This document shows positions 19,441-29,197 of a stretch of DNA of 64,000 bases, in pieces. A model generated the notes under the pieces. That model was not told the origin of the DNA. It saw only the letters and a program-made list of their open reading frames with translations, and made no database searches. The stretch spans positions 7,889 to 71,888 of the forward strand of contig QKHS01000042.1 of assembly GCA_003249955.1 (NCBI GenBank). Reading direction: 5' to 3'. This stretch comes from Bacteroidales bacterium (GTDB lineage Bacteria; Bacteroidota; Bacteroidia; Bacteroidales; ML635J-15). Numbering within the stretch: the stretch's first letter is position 1; every line of letters starts with the position of its first letter. Position numbers and translations under genes: made by a program.

Positions 19441-21276
19441 ATGCAGATCGATTCATTATTAAAATTCAGCCGGATTCTTGAAGAGTCCGGAGAATTACTC
19501 CGGGTTAAAGAATATGTAAATCCCGATCTTGAAATAAGTGAGATGGCCGACAGGTTCATGAAACAACCCGGCGGAGGCAAAGCAATTTTATTTGAAAACA
19601 CAGGTACTGCATTTCCTGTACTCATAAACCATTATGGCTCAGATACCAGGCTTTTCATGGCTCTCGGGATAAAAGACTATGACGACCCGGGCAAAAGAAT
19701 AGAAGAATTATTTAATCTGCTTGTTAAAGTCAAGCCAGGAACCTTTTCCAAACTTTCCTTACTTCCTGAACTAAAATCTGCTTCCGGCTGGATTCCTGAA
19801 AAAAAGAAAGGAAAAGGTAAATGCCAGGAAATAATAATAAACAATCCCGATCTGTACACATTACCTGTTCTAAAATGCTGGCCTTTCGACGGAGGCAAAT
19901 TTTTCACATTACCACTTGTAATAACAGAAGATCCCGAAACCGGGGTAAGAAATACCGGGATGTACAGAATGCAGATCTTCGATAAAACAAGTACCGGAAT
20001 GCACTGGCATCTGCACAAAGGAGGAGCAGCACATTTTAACAAATATAAATCGGAAGGGAAAAAAATGCCGGTTTCTGTTGTATTAGGCGGCGATCCTGTT
20101 TTAACATACTGTGCAACAGCTCCGCTTCCTGAAAATATCGACGAATTTATGCTGGCCGGATTTCTGCGTAATAAAAGCGTAAAGCTTGTAAAAAGCATCA
20201 CCAGCAACATTTACGTTCCCGAAACAGCAGACTTTGTAATTGAAGGCTATATTGACCCTGCCGAAGATTTTGTTACCGAAGGACCTTTTGGAGATCACAC
20301 CGGATTTTACTCTCTTGCTGACAAATACCCGGTATTTCATATTACCTGCATAACACACCGTAAAGATGCTGTATTTCCTGCAACAATAGTAGGAGTCCCT
20401 CCGATGGAAGATTTTCACCTCGGCAAAGCAACAGAAAGAATATTTCTTAAACCCATACAAATTGCAATAGCTCCCGAAATTATTGATATAAGACTTCCGT
20501 CCTATGGTGTGGCCCACAATCTGGTACTGATAAAAACCAGGACACACTATCAGGGACAAAACATTAAAATAATGAATGCCCTTCTCGGGGCAGGACAAAT
20601 GATGTTCTCAAAAGTTATAATCTGCTTTAACGAGTCTGTAAACATACATGACGATAACGAAATTTTAACCACGCTTACAAAAATTACAGATTTGCAGGAT
20701 AAAATTATCATCAGCAAAGGACCTTCAGATGTTCTGGATCATTCATCCTACAAATTCACTTATGGCGGCAAACTTTTAATTGATGCCGGAGACATTTTAA
20801 GCCATTCTGATAATAAAATAAAACCAACATATGACCATAAGACCGGCGAAATTATTATCGGCGAAAACAAAATACTTGTTCTGAAACAACCCGACAGTAA
20901 CAATATCAGTTTCAAAGAAGCTGCCCGAAAGCTGATAAAAAACAATAAGCATCCTGAACTCAGAATAATAGTAGTAATTGATGACATAGATTTTACCGGT
21001 TCTCCCTACTTACTGGCGTGGTATGTTTTAAACAATACAGATCCTGCTCACGATTGTATTATTGAAGATAACATACTTATTATTGATGCCGGAATAAAAA
21101 CACAGTCAAAAGACGGATTTACACGCGAATGGCCCAATGTAGTTTGTATGAACAAAGAAACTATTGAAGCTATCGATAAAAAATGGAAAAAGTTAACCGG
21201 CATGGCTTTTATAGAATCTCCTTCATTAAAATTAATCAACATTTCCAAAGGAGATTCTGCCGTTTACAATAAATAA
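19441..21276 (+). CDS. UbiD family decarboxylase (menaquinone/futalosine-pathway type)
   Basis: LPVLKCWPFDGG, RNTGMYRMQ, EGPFGDHTGFY, ATIVGVPPMED, DVLDHSS; extended C-terminus. Confidence 0.88.
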   Translation: MQIDSLLKFSRILEESGELLRVKEYVNPDLEISEMADRFMKQPGGGKAILFENTGTAFPVLINHYGSDTRLFMALGIKDYDDPGKRIEELFNLLVKVKPGTFSKLSLLPELKSASGWIPEKKKGKGKCQEIIINNPDLYTLPVLKCWPFDGGKFFTLPLVITEDPETGVRNTGMYRMQIFDKTSTGMHWHLHKGGAAHFNKYKSEGKKMPVSVVLGGDPVLTYCATAPLPENIDEFMLAGFLRNKSVKLVKSITSNIYVPETADFVIEGYIDPAEDFVTEGPFGDHTGFYSLADKYPVFHITCITHRKDAVFPATIVGVPPMEDFHLGKATERIFLKPIQIAIAPEIIDIRLPSYGVAHNLVLIKTRTHYQGQNIKIMNALLGAGQMMFSKVIICFNESVNIHDDNEILTTLTKITDLQDKIIISKGPSDVLDHSSYKFTYGGKLLIDAGDILSHSDNKIKPTYDHKTGEIIIGENKILVLKQPDSNNISFKEAARKLIKNNKHPELRIIVVIDDIDFTGSPYLLAWYVLNNTDPAHDCIIEDNILIIDAGIKTQSKDGFTREWPNVVCMNKETIEAIDKKWKKLTGMAFIESPSLKLINISKGDSAVYNK

Positions 21277-21445
21277 AAATTTTGACATAAACGGATAATC
21301 TCAAAACAAATCTGCTATTCTGTTGATTTTATCAATAATTTTTCCCTGTCACTATCAAAATCATTTTAATGCATCATGATTATTTAAAATTAAAAACTAT
21401 TTTTGTTTGAGATTTTCAATTTCCGTATTATTTACAAACTCTGAC

Positions 21446-23329
21446 ATGAAGAAGCACACTATCTTGTATTTTTTTATTTCTATAATTATTTGTTTTACAT
21501 TTTCGCCATCACTTAGACTTTTTGCTCAAAAAACAAATTCCGGAAACGATAAAAATGTTGGCATGTTTAGTCTAAGCAATGAATATAAGGGCACAAGAGA
21601 AATGCCGGAGCCATCAGAATATTGGCCGGTTTTTCAATCAGATATTCCTTATCTTGACACTACAGTAACTGCCGACATTGCTGTTTTTTACGGGGCTGGA
21701 CATACAAGTCTGGTAAATCCTGTAATAATTACTGACGGTTTTGACCCGGGAGACATAAGGCCAATTGAAGGTCTCTACGAAATAGGAAACCAGCAAAACA
21801 TGATTGATACTTTGCGTGCATTAGGAAATGATTTTATCCTTGTAAATTTTAATTCAGGAGCCGACTACATTCAGAGAAACTCAATGTTAATTGTCAGCTT
21901 GCTGGATACCATACAAACAATAATGTACAATAACGGGAATTTGTCGGAAACTCCTCAGATAGTATTGGTAGGGCCAAGCATGGGCGGTCTTATCACCAGA
22001 CATGCTCTCTGCTATATGGAGCAGAACAACATGGACCATCATGTCCGGAACTGGATTAGTTTTGACTCGCCACACAAAGGAGCCAACATTCCGCTTGGGC
22101 TTCAGCACTGGTTGAGATTTTTTGCCGAAGTTGCAGAATCGGAAGGAGCAATTTACGGCTTGTCTAAAATGAATTCGGTTGCAGCAAAACAAATGCTGTT
22201 ATATCATTATTCCGCAACTTCGAACGGAATTGCAGGACCAAACGGATTAAGAAACGACTTCGTAAACGAGATTAATGCCCTTGGCTTTCCTCAACAACCT
22301 AGAATAGTCGCTTTTGCCAACGGCAGCGGTTATTCCGTTAAACAACCTTACGAAGCAGGCGAAAAGGTAGTTGAGTATGAATATTCAGGCTTTCTTGCCA
22401 GCTTAACCGGAAACATATGGGCCGTTCCGCAACAGGTTAACACAAGAATTTTTGAAGGACTCTACGACACAGCATTGCCACTTGATGAAGTTACAGAAGA
22501 TATTTATGTTAACAACACATTATCGTACGACAACGCTCCGGGAGGAGACACCCCTACATTTGCAGAAGTTGCTGAGGATGATCCTGGCTACGGTACAATA
22601 ATCGCATTACACGACAGCCACTGCTTTATTCCTACAATAAGTGCCCTGTGCATAGAAAACACCAATGACCCTGAATATAACATAAGTGAAAATTACGAAA
22701 ATCTGATGACACCTTTTGACACCCTGTATTTTCCTTATGAAAACGAAGAGCACGTAGAGATCACACCACAGTCAATTACCGGTTTTATAACAGAAATTAA
22801 TAATTTCGCTCCTGTGTTTACCTGTATTCCTGAAACAGAGATTGAAACCGGGGAAGAATACAGCCTCATGCTGACAGCATCGGATGTTAACTACTGGAAT
22901 ATTTTAAGTTTTGAACCATTAGAATTACCAACCTGGCTTAACTACAACTCCGGAACCAATATCATAAGCGGCACCCCTTCTGCTGTAAATTCAGGGACTA
23001 ATCATGTTGAAGTTTCTGTATCTGACGGATTATTGAGCACAAACCTTGAATTCGACATCAATGTATTAAACAATACAAGTGTGAATTCATCAGTTTCTGA
23101 CAACATTTTAATATATCCCAATCCTGTCAGCGACATCATTAACATTTCATTCTTAAAAGAAAACAATTACAATATAAAAATTATTGACATCTCAGGAAAC
23201 ACTGTCAATGAAATCCAAACTTCAGGCCTTAACAACGAAATATCATTCAGGGAACTTAAAAGCGGATTTTATGTAATTGTTATCTCTACTGATAATCTCA
23301 CTTACAAAGCAAGATTCGTGAAAATTTAA
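21446..23329 (+). CDS. secreted alpha/beta hydrolase (lipase/esterase-like) with Ig-like domain and T9SS C-terminal domain
   Basis: Signal peptide from ATG 21446, DGFDP, GPSMGG nucleophile elbow, DSPHKGA, Ig-like LPTWLNYN...ISGTP...VSVSDG, CTD IYPNPV...LKSGFYVI...FVKI. Confidence 0.8.
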   Translation: MKKHTILYFFISIIICFTFSPSLRLFAQKTNSGNDKNVGMFSLSNEYKGTREMPEPSEYWPVFQSDIPYLDTTVTADIAVFYGAGHTSLVNPVIITDGFDPGDIRPIEGLYEIGNQQNMIDTLRALGNDFILVNFNSGADYIQRNSMLIVSLLDTIQTIMYNNGNLSETPQIVLVGPSMGGLITRHALCYMEQNNMDHHVRNWISFDSPHKGANIPLGLQHWLRFFAEVAESEGAIYGLSKMNSVAAKQMLLYHYSATSNGIAGPNGLRNDFVNEINALGFPQQPRIVAFANGSGYSVKQPYEAGEKVVEYEYSGFLASLTGNIWAVPQQVNTRIFEGLYDTALPLDEVTEDIYVNNTLSYDNAPGGDTPTFAEVAEDDPGYGTIIALHDSHCFIPTISALCIENTNDPEYNISENYENLMTPFDTLYFPYENEEHVEITPQSITGFITEINNFAPVFTCIPETEIETGEEYSLMLTASDVNYWNILSFEPLELPTWLNYNSGTNIISGTPSAVNSGTNHVEVSVSDGLLSTNLEFDINVLNNTSVNSSVSDNILIYPNPVSDIINISFLKENNYNIKIIDISGNTVNEIQTSGLNNEISFRELKSGFYVIVISTDNLTYKARFVKI

Positions 23330-23464
23330 AACTTATTCTGCTAATGTCAAAAAGGTGTTATTCTGACTAACACCATTACATTGCAAAACGCAAAGCCAAA
23401 ATCCGGTTCCGGCACATATACAATTCTTGTCAAATCTTTTTTTAAATTTGCAGAAAAATCATAT

Positions 23465-24172
23465 ATGGTAAATTACGATATAGTTTTTCAAAGACTTCTG
23501 AACGAAGGCTATGAATTCAGATTCAACCACTATATTAAAGAAGGATTCGGGCTTTTCAAAAAACACCTTGGCGGGTTTGTGGGATTTTTTGCAATCGTTA
23601 TGCCTGTGTACTTTGCTGCCGGATACTTTCTTAAGGACTACGGAAGCTTTATTACAAATCTGATACAACCATCTGTCACTGCAGGAGCTCTTCTCGTTGC
23701 CAATGAAGTGTTTAAGGGAAAATCTCCTGATTTTGCAAAATTCTTTGACGGATTTAAATTTTTTATTGTACTTCTGCTTCTAAGCATTGTTTCAAGTGTT
23801 CTGACAATTATAGGGTTATTATTTTTAATTGTTCCGGGAATTTATCTTGGCGTTGCCTATTCTTTTGCTCACATGTTTGTAATTTTTCTGGGTTATGATT
23901 TCTGGCCGGCAATGGAATTAAGCCGGAAAATAATTACTCATAAATGGTGGGAATTTTTTGGGTTTTTCTTTGTGTTGGCGCTTATAAATATAGGAGGATT
24001 CTTAGCTTGCGGAGTAGGAATTATTTTTACAATTCCTGCCACCCTATGCATGCAATACATTGCTTTTGAAGATATTATAGGCGGAGCAATCCGAAAATAC
24101 GGGACTCCTGAACAAACTGTACAAAATGCATTTACTTCAGAAAACAATACTGAAACTAATGATAATGAATAA
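23465..24172 (+). CDS. integral membrane protein of unknown function
   Basis: Several TM segments with GLLFLIVPGIYL and GFLACGVGIIFTIP repeats; TAAATTTG box at 23443-23450 supports ATG 23465. Confidence 0.8.
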   Translation: MVNYDIVFQRLLNEGYEFRFNHYIKEGFGLFKKHLGGFVGFFAIVMPVYFAAGYFLKDYGSFITNLIQPSVTAGALLVANEVFKGKSPDFAKFFDGFKFFIVLLLLSIVSSVLTIIGLLFLIVPGIYLGVAYSFAHMFVIFLGYDFWPAMELSRKIITHKWWEFFGFFFVLALINIGGFLACGVGIIFTIPATLCMQYIAFEDIIGGAIRKYGTPEQTVQNAFTSENNTETNDNE

Positions 24173-24932
24173 AACAGCAATATTTTCAGTTATAGCAGTC
24201 ATTTTTCTGCAAATCCCTTTACTGAATGCCCAGAAAGTAAAACTGCCTTTGCAAATACCCGAAACAAAACGTGGCGAAAAAATAATATGTCACTCTTCGT
24301 ATTGCTTCGTATATGACGAAGATTATGAACAATCAAAATGGGTTGCCTACCACCTGACTTCAGAAATGGTGAACGGAGAAGAACCTCGTGATGACAGCTT
24401 TAAACCGGACCCTGAGGTCGTAACAGGAACTGCAGACATAGAAGACTATAAATCAAGCGGTTACGATCGTGGACATCTTGCGCCGGCAGCCGACATGTCT
24501 TTAACCGAAGAATCCATGAAAGAGTCTTTTTATTTCAGCAATATAAGCCCACAGTTACCCGGTTTTAACCGTGGCATGTGGAAAACGCTCGAGTCTGAAG
24601 TACGTAATTATGCAAAAAATCTCGGAAACATATATATTGTAACAGGCCCACTGTTAAAACCGGGCTTACAGACAATAGGAAAGAATGAAGTCAGAGTTCC
24701 GGAAGAATTTTACAAAGCAGTTTTATTCGTCAGTGATACTCTCATTACAGGAATAGCTTTTATTCTGCCGAATAAAAAACTGAACAACGGTTCTGTTTAT
24801 GAATATGCAATATGCATAGATGATCTTGAAAGAAAAACAGGTATTGACTTTTTCCCTGGTCTGCCTTACTTTATAGAGAAAAAAACCGAGAGAAAATGTG
24901 ACACTGTCCTTTGGGAGCAATTTTCGGAATAG
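24165..24932 (+). CDS. DNA/RNA non-specific endonuclease (NucA/Serratia type), exported
   Basis: Signal peptide, KWVAY, catalytic YDRGHLAP, SNISPQ, FNRGMWKTLE. Confidence 0.93.
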   Translation: MNKTAIFSVIAVIFLQIPLLNAQKVKLPLQIPETKRGEKIICHSSYCFVYDEDYEQSKWVAYHLTSEMVNGEEPRDDSFKPDPEVVTGTADIEDYKSSGYDRGHLAPAADMSLTEESMKESFYFSNISPQLPGFNRGMWKTLESEVRNYAKNLGNIYIVTGPLLKPGLQTIGKNEVRVPEEFYKAVLFVSDTLITGIAFILPNKKLNNGSVYEYAICIDDLERKTGIDFFPGLPYFIEKKTERKCDTVLWEQFSE

Positions 24933-25074
24933 TTCTTTTTCTTTCAAAAACCACAGTTCTTTTTAGGGATAATTTTTGCTGTAATTCGCAACATTATTTT
25001 TTAACTTGTTTCCTGAAAAACTGCTTTTGTTAAAATTAAGGACAATATTGTCCGATCCGGGTCCTGCAAATATT

Positions 25075-26610
25075 TTACATCAATTTATTTATCTGGAGCA
25101 ACTGATCAATATATTCCCGGGTGTTTGACAAACGCGGAACCTTATGCTGACCGCCAAGTTTTCCTTTATCTCTGAGCCATGTGTAAAAAACACCGTCCTT
25201 TAGCACCGTATATTCAGGAAATCCGAGTGTAATATCTTTAAACCGTTTTGCATCATAGTCCGAATTAACCTCGCGTAGCTTTGTATCAGTCAGTTCCATA
25301 AATAAATCCATGTCTTCCGGTGCTGCAATAAATTCAAACAACCACTCGTGTGCCCCCTCTGAACCCGAAGTGTGAAAAACCGGAGCCGCCGTATATTCTC
25401 TTATTTGAGCCCCGGTGTGTTCACATGCATAGTTTAAGGCCGTCTGAGCATTATCAATAATAACTTCTTCTCCAAATGCATTAATGTAATGTCTGGTTCT
25501 GCCTGTGATTTTTATTTTATACGGATTTCGTGAAACAAAACTTACAGTGTCTCCTATAACATATCTCCACAAGCCGCCATTAGTCGAAATCACCATAGCA
25601 TAATTCACCCCGGTTTCAACTTCAGACAACGGAACGGCATTATCTTTACCATCCAGATAATCTGCCAGTTTAATAAATTCATAATAAATCCCGTAATCCA
25701 GCATCAGCAACATACCGTCTCTATTTGCAGGATCTCCGTATGATGTATCATCCTGAATGCCGAAAAACCCTTCAGATGCATTATATGTTTCAAGATAAGT
25801 CATTGCTGACGACGGAATAAGCTTTTGATATGAGTTTTTGTATGGCAAAAAACTTACCCCTCCATGTACAAACAACTCAATATTAGGCCAAACCTCCAGA
25901 ATATTATCTTTTCCTGTATAAACGAGTATCTTTTTAAGCAGCACCAAAAGCCAGGTAGGAACCCCGACAATATTGGTGACATTTTTATTATATGTGTTTT
26001 CGACAATCCTGTCAAGCTTCTCCTCCCAATCCTCAATAAGAGCAATTTCTTCCTTAGGCAATCTGTGAAAATATGTCCAGAAAGGCAAATTCTTTATTAA
26101 TACTGCCGATAAATCCCCGTAATATGAATTCTCGCTGTTCAGATTTATATTTGTACTGCCGCCTATTGCCAGCGACTTTCCCATAAACACCCCGGTTTCC
26201 GGATACCTGTCGGCATAAAGCATAAAAATATCTTTTCCGCTCTTAAAATGGCACTCCTCCAACGACTCCCGGCTTATAGGTATAAACTTACTTCTGTCCG
26301 AAGTCGTTCCGCTTGATTTTGCAAACCATTTAATCTCATTTGGCCAGAGAACATTCTGCTCCCCGTTCATGACCCGCTCAATATATGGTTTTAAACTATC
26401 ATAATCGTGAAGCGGTACATTTTTCATAAAATCATGTTGGGATCTGATGCCGGCAAAATTATATTTCAACCCGAATTCTGTAGAAACGGCAGTCTCAACA
26501 AGCTTACTGAAAACATTCTCCTGCACTTCAACAGGATTCTTACGAAAATAATCTATTTGCGAAAGCCTGTTGTAGTTTATTAATCCGACCAATGAATTTA
26601 TTAGTGTCAT
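25075..26610 (-). CDS. GH3 family acyl-adenylate-forming enzyme
   Basis: KSSGTTSDRSKFIP, YNASEG, GLWRYVIGD and GGQHKVPRL correspond to GH3 nucleotide-binding motifs. Confidence 0.92.
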   Translation of the reverse strand: MTLINSLVGLINYNRLSQIDYFRKNPVEVQENVFSKLVETAVSTEFGLKYNFAGIRSQHDFMKNVPLHDYDSLKPYIERVMNGEQNVLWPNEIKWFAKSSGTTSDRSKFIPISRESLEECHFKSGKDIFMLYADRYPETGVFMGKSLAIGGSTNINLNSENSYYGDLSAVLIKNLPFWTYFHRLPKEEIALIEDWEEKLDRIVENTYNKNVTNIVGVPTWLLVLLKKILVYTGKDNILEVWPNIELFVHGGVSFLPYKNSYQKLIPSSAMTYLETYNASEGFFGIQDDTSYGDPANRDGMLLMLDYGIYYEFIKLADYLDGKDNAVPLSEVETGVNYAMVISTNGGLWRYVIGDTVSFVSRNPYKIKITGRTRHYINAFGEEVIIDNAQTALNYACEHTGAQIREYTAAPVFHTSGSEGAHEWLFEFIAAPEDMDLFMELTDTKLREVNSDYDAKRFKDITLGFPEYTVLKDGVFYTWLRDKGKLGGQHKVPRLSNTREYIDQLLQINKLM

Positions 26611-26663
26611 ATAAAGCGAATTAACAAAAAATAATTTAATTTTAGCAAAAAAATTATCATAAT

Positions 26664-27152
26664 ATGGGTGTAATTGACATAATTATTTTAGTCATCATTT
26701 GTTTTTTCGGATACAAAGGGTATAAAAACGGGTTAGTTAAAGAATTAGGGAGCCTTATTGCTCTCGTTGCCGGAATCTTTATGGCAATAAGGTTTTCTGA
26801 GTTTACGGGATCATTAATTTCGGAAAAATCAGGATTCAGCTCCGAATATCTCCCCGTAATATCTTTTGCAATAGTATTTATTGCCGTTGTGGTCGTTGTC
26901 CTTATATTTTCAAAATTACTTAATCAGTTTATGAAGCTGATTAAAATACAATGGCTGAATAAAATAGCCGGAACTGCTTTTTCCATACTTAAAACCATAA
27001 TAATTTTAGGAGGTTTGTTTTTTATGATTTGCAGGTTTAATGAAAGACTCAATATCTTTGAACCATCTGCCACACAAAAATCATTTCTGTTCGATCGTTT
27101 TGTTCAGGTATTCGATTTTATATTCCCTTATGCAGAACATCTTTATCAATAG
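26664..27152 (+). CDS. CvpA (colicin V production) family membrane protein
   Basis: IDIIILVII...GYKNGLVKEL, WLNKIAGTAF; four hydrophobic segments. Confidence 0.85.
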   Translation: MGVIDIIILVIICFFGYKGYKNGLVKELGSLIALVAGIFMAIRFSEFTGSLISEKSGFSSEYLPVISFAIVFIAVVVVVLIFSKLLNQFMKLIKIQWLNKIAGTAFSILKTIIILGGLFFMICRFNERLNIFEPSATQKSFLFDRFVQVFDFIFPYAEHLYQ

Positions 27153-27194
27153 GCCCTATTTTTACAGTAAATAATTATCTTTGCAAAAAATTCT

Positions 27195-28034
27195 GTGATG
27201 TCAAAGAAGAGACACAAAATAATAAAATGGATGCAAAAAAAATTCCAGTTGGTCATATACCATGGAAACAGCTATGATGTCATCCGCAAATTCAGATTTA
27301 ACAGGCTTGGATTTTTTTTAATTACCTTCGGAATAACCTTCATTTTATTCGCGATACTTTCAGTATTCGTTGTTTACACTCCGATAAAACAACTTATTCC
27401 CGGATATCCTGACAGAGAAACCAGAAGGCTCATTTACGAGAACTCGATACTGGCCGATAGTTTACTCAAAGAAATGGAAATCAGAGACCAATATCTAAAA
27501 ATGATATCAGATATGATTTTTGACGACGTACCTATTGATAATGACTTTGTAGTTCCGGTTCAAAACCTCACAAAAGAACAAATAAAAGAATTCAATAATC
27601 CTACCATACAAAGGAAAAAAATCGAAGACAACACAACTTATACTCTTTCAAAGAACGATGCAATGCCAGATTTATTCCCTCCGGTCAAAGGGGTTGTAAT
27701 CTCTCCGTATAATCCGGCAAAAAAGCATTACGGAACAGATATAGCCTCATCAGGAGAAACAATAATTTCTGCAGTTTTAAGTGGCACGGTTATTTCGTCC
27801 GATTATACAATTGAAACAGGTTATACAATAATAATTCAGCATAAATCTGAACTCATATCTGTTTATAAACACAATAAGTCCTCATTTGTAAAAGCCGGAG
27901 ATCTTATTGAAACCGGACAAGCAATAGCCGTATATGGCAACAGTGGAGAAAATACCACAGGACCTCATCTTCATTTCGAATTATGGAGAAAAGGCGTATC
28001 TTTAAACCCTGAAGACTATATTCAATTTCAGTGA
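27195..28034 (+). CDS. M23 family metallopeptidase
   Basis: N-terminal TM anchor, HYGTDI, SVYKH, TTGPHLHFE; TATCTTTG box at 27176-27183. Confidence 0.92.
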   Translation: MMSKKRHKIIKWMQKKFQLVIYHGNSYDVIRKFRFNRLGFFLITFGITFILFAILSVFVVYTPIKQLIPGYPDRETRRLIYENSILADSLLKEMEIRDQYLKMISDMIFDDVPIDNDFVVPVQNLTKEQIKEFNNPTIQRKKIEDNTTYTLSKNDAMPDLFPPVKGVVISPYNPAKKHYGTDIASSGETIISAVLSGTVISSDYTIETGYTIIIQHKSELISVYKHNKSSFVKAGDLIETGQAIAVYGNSGENTTGPHLHFELWRKGVSLNPEDYIQFQ

Positions 28035-29197
28035 AAAATCAAAAGAAAATAGCAATTTTGGGCTCAACCGGCTCAATAGGGACTCAGGCACTTGATATAA
28101 TCAGAGATTATCCTGATTTATTTCAGGCCGAAGTTCTTGTGGCAAACAACAATATTGATTTGCTCATTAAACAGGCTCGCGAATTTGAGCCTAATTTTAT
28201 TGTAATTGCAGACGAATCGAAATATACAGCACTTAAAGAAGCTGTTTCAGACCTGCCTGTAAAAGTTTATGCAGGAGCTAAATCTATAGAGCAGGTAGCC
28301 TCACTCGACATTGTAGATATTGTACTTACGGCAATGGTTGGGTTTTCGGGATTAATGCCCACTATTCGTGCTATAGAAGCCGGTAAAATTATTGCTCTGG
28401 CAAATAAAGAAACCCTGGTTGTTGGCGGACATATAATAACAGATTTACTAAAAAAGAGTAAATCCCGTATTATTCCCGTCGATTCTGAACATTCTGCAAT
28501 TTTTCAATGCCTTGCAGGTGAGAATCCTGCAAACGTTGATAAACTTATTCTTACCGCATCAGGCGGGCCTTTCCGCGGGAAAGACAAAAATTTTCTTTCA
28601 AATGTCACTCCCGAACAGGCGCTCAGACATCCGAACTGGAGCATGGGGAACAAAGTTACTATTGACTCTGCAAGCCTGATGAACAAGGGACTCGAAGTTA
28701 TTGAGGCACGCTGGTTATTCGGAATTCCGGCAGAAAAAATAGATGTTGTCGTTCACCCTCAATCTGTTATTCACTCTATGGTAGAGTTTAACGACGGATC
28801 AATAAAAGCGCAACTGGGAGTACCCGATATGAGAATCCCGATTCAATATGCACTCGATTTCCCAAACCGTTCTGTTTCAACAAAAAACAGGTTCTCTTTT
28901 TCAGAAGTAAGTACATTTACATTTGAGAAACCGGACTATGACACATTTCGTAACCTTAAAATTGCTTATGATTGTCTGAAAAAAGGCGGGAATGCATCAT
29001 GCGTAATGAATGCTGCAAACGAAATTGCAGTAGAATTATTCCTGAAAAAAGAAATCAGTTTCACAGGGATATCCGACCTCATAGAAGAAACTTTAGGTAA
29101 AATTGAGTTTATCAGCAACCCAAACCTTAAAGATTGTCTGGAAACAGATAATATTACAAGAATAAAATCGTTTGAAATATCTAAAAATATTAAATAA
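28031..29197 (+). CDS. dxr: 1-deoxy-D-xylulose-5-phosphate reductoisomerase
   Basis: ILGSTGSIG, LANKETLV, PVDSEHSA, TASGGPF, HPNWSMG, NKGLEVIEA; GTG start. Confidence 0.97.
   Translation: MKNQKKIAILGSTGSIGTQALDIIRDYPDLFQAEVLVANNNIDLLIKQAREFEPNFIVIADESKYTALKEAVSDLPVKVYAGAKSIEQVASLDIVDIVLTAMVGFSGLMPTIRAIEAGKIIALANKETLVVGGHIITDLLKKSKSRIIPVDSEHSAIFQCLAGENPANVDKLILTASGGPFRGKDKNFLSNVTPEQALRHPNWSMGNKVTIDSASLMNKGLEVIEARWLFGIPAEKIDVVVHPQSVIHSMVEFNDGSIKAQLGVPDMRIPIQYALDFPNRSVSTKNRFSFSEVSTFTFEKPDYDTFRNLKIAYDCLKKGGNASCVMNAANEIAVELFLKKEISFTGISDLIEETLGKIEFISNPNLKDCLETDNITRIKSFEISKNIK

Noticed and set aside
23343-23382. GGTGTTA/TAACACC hairpin after the hydrolase gene as a terminator
   Set aside because: Short stem with no following U tract; too weak to call.
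24165-24932. Nuclease (with AlkD, MmcQ or FkbM elsewhere) as part of an anti-phage defence system
   Set aside because: The nuclease has a signal peptide, and these genes are scattered among housekeeping loci with no defence-island context.
24981-25008. AATTCGCAACATTATTTTTTAACTT as a dif site
   Set aside because: Lacks the TTATGTTAAA XerD arm and the 11-6-11 geometry.
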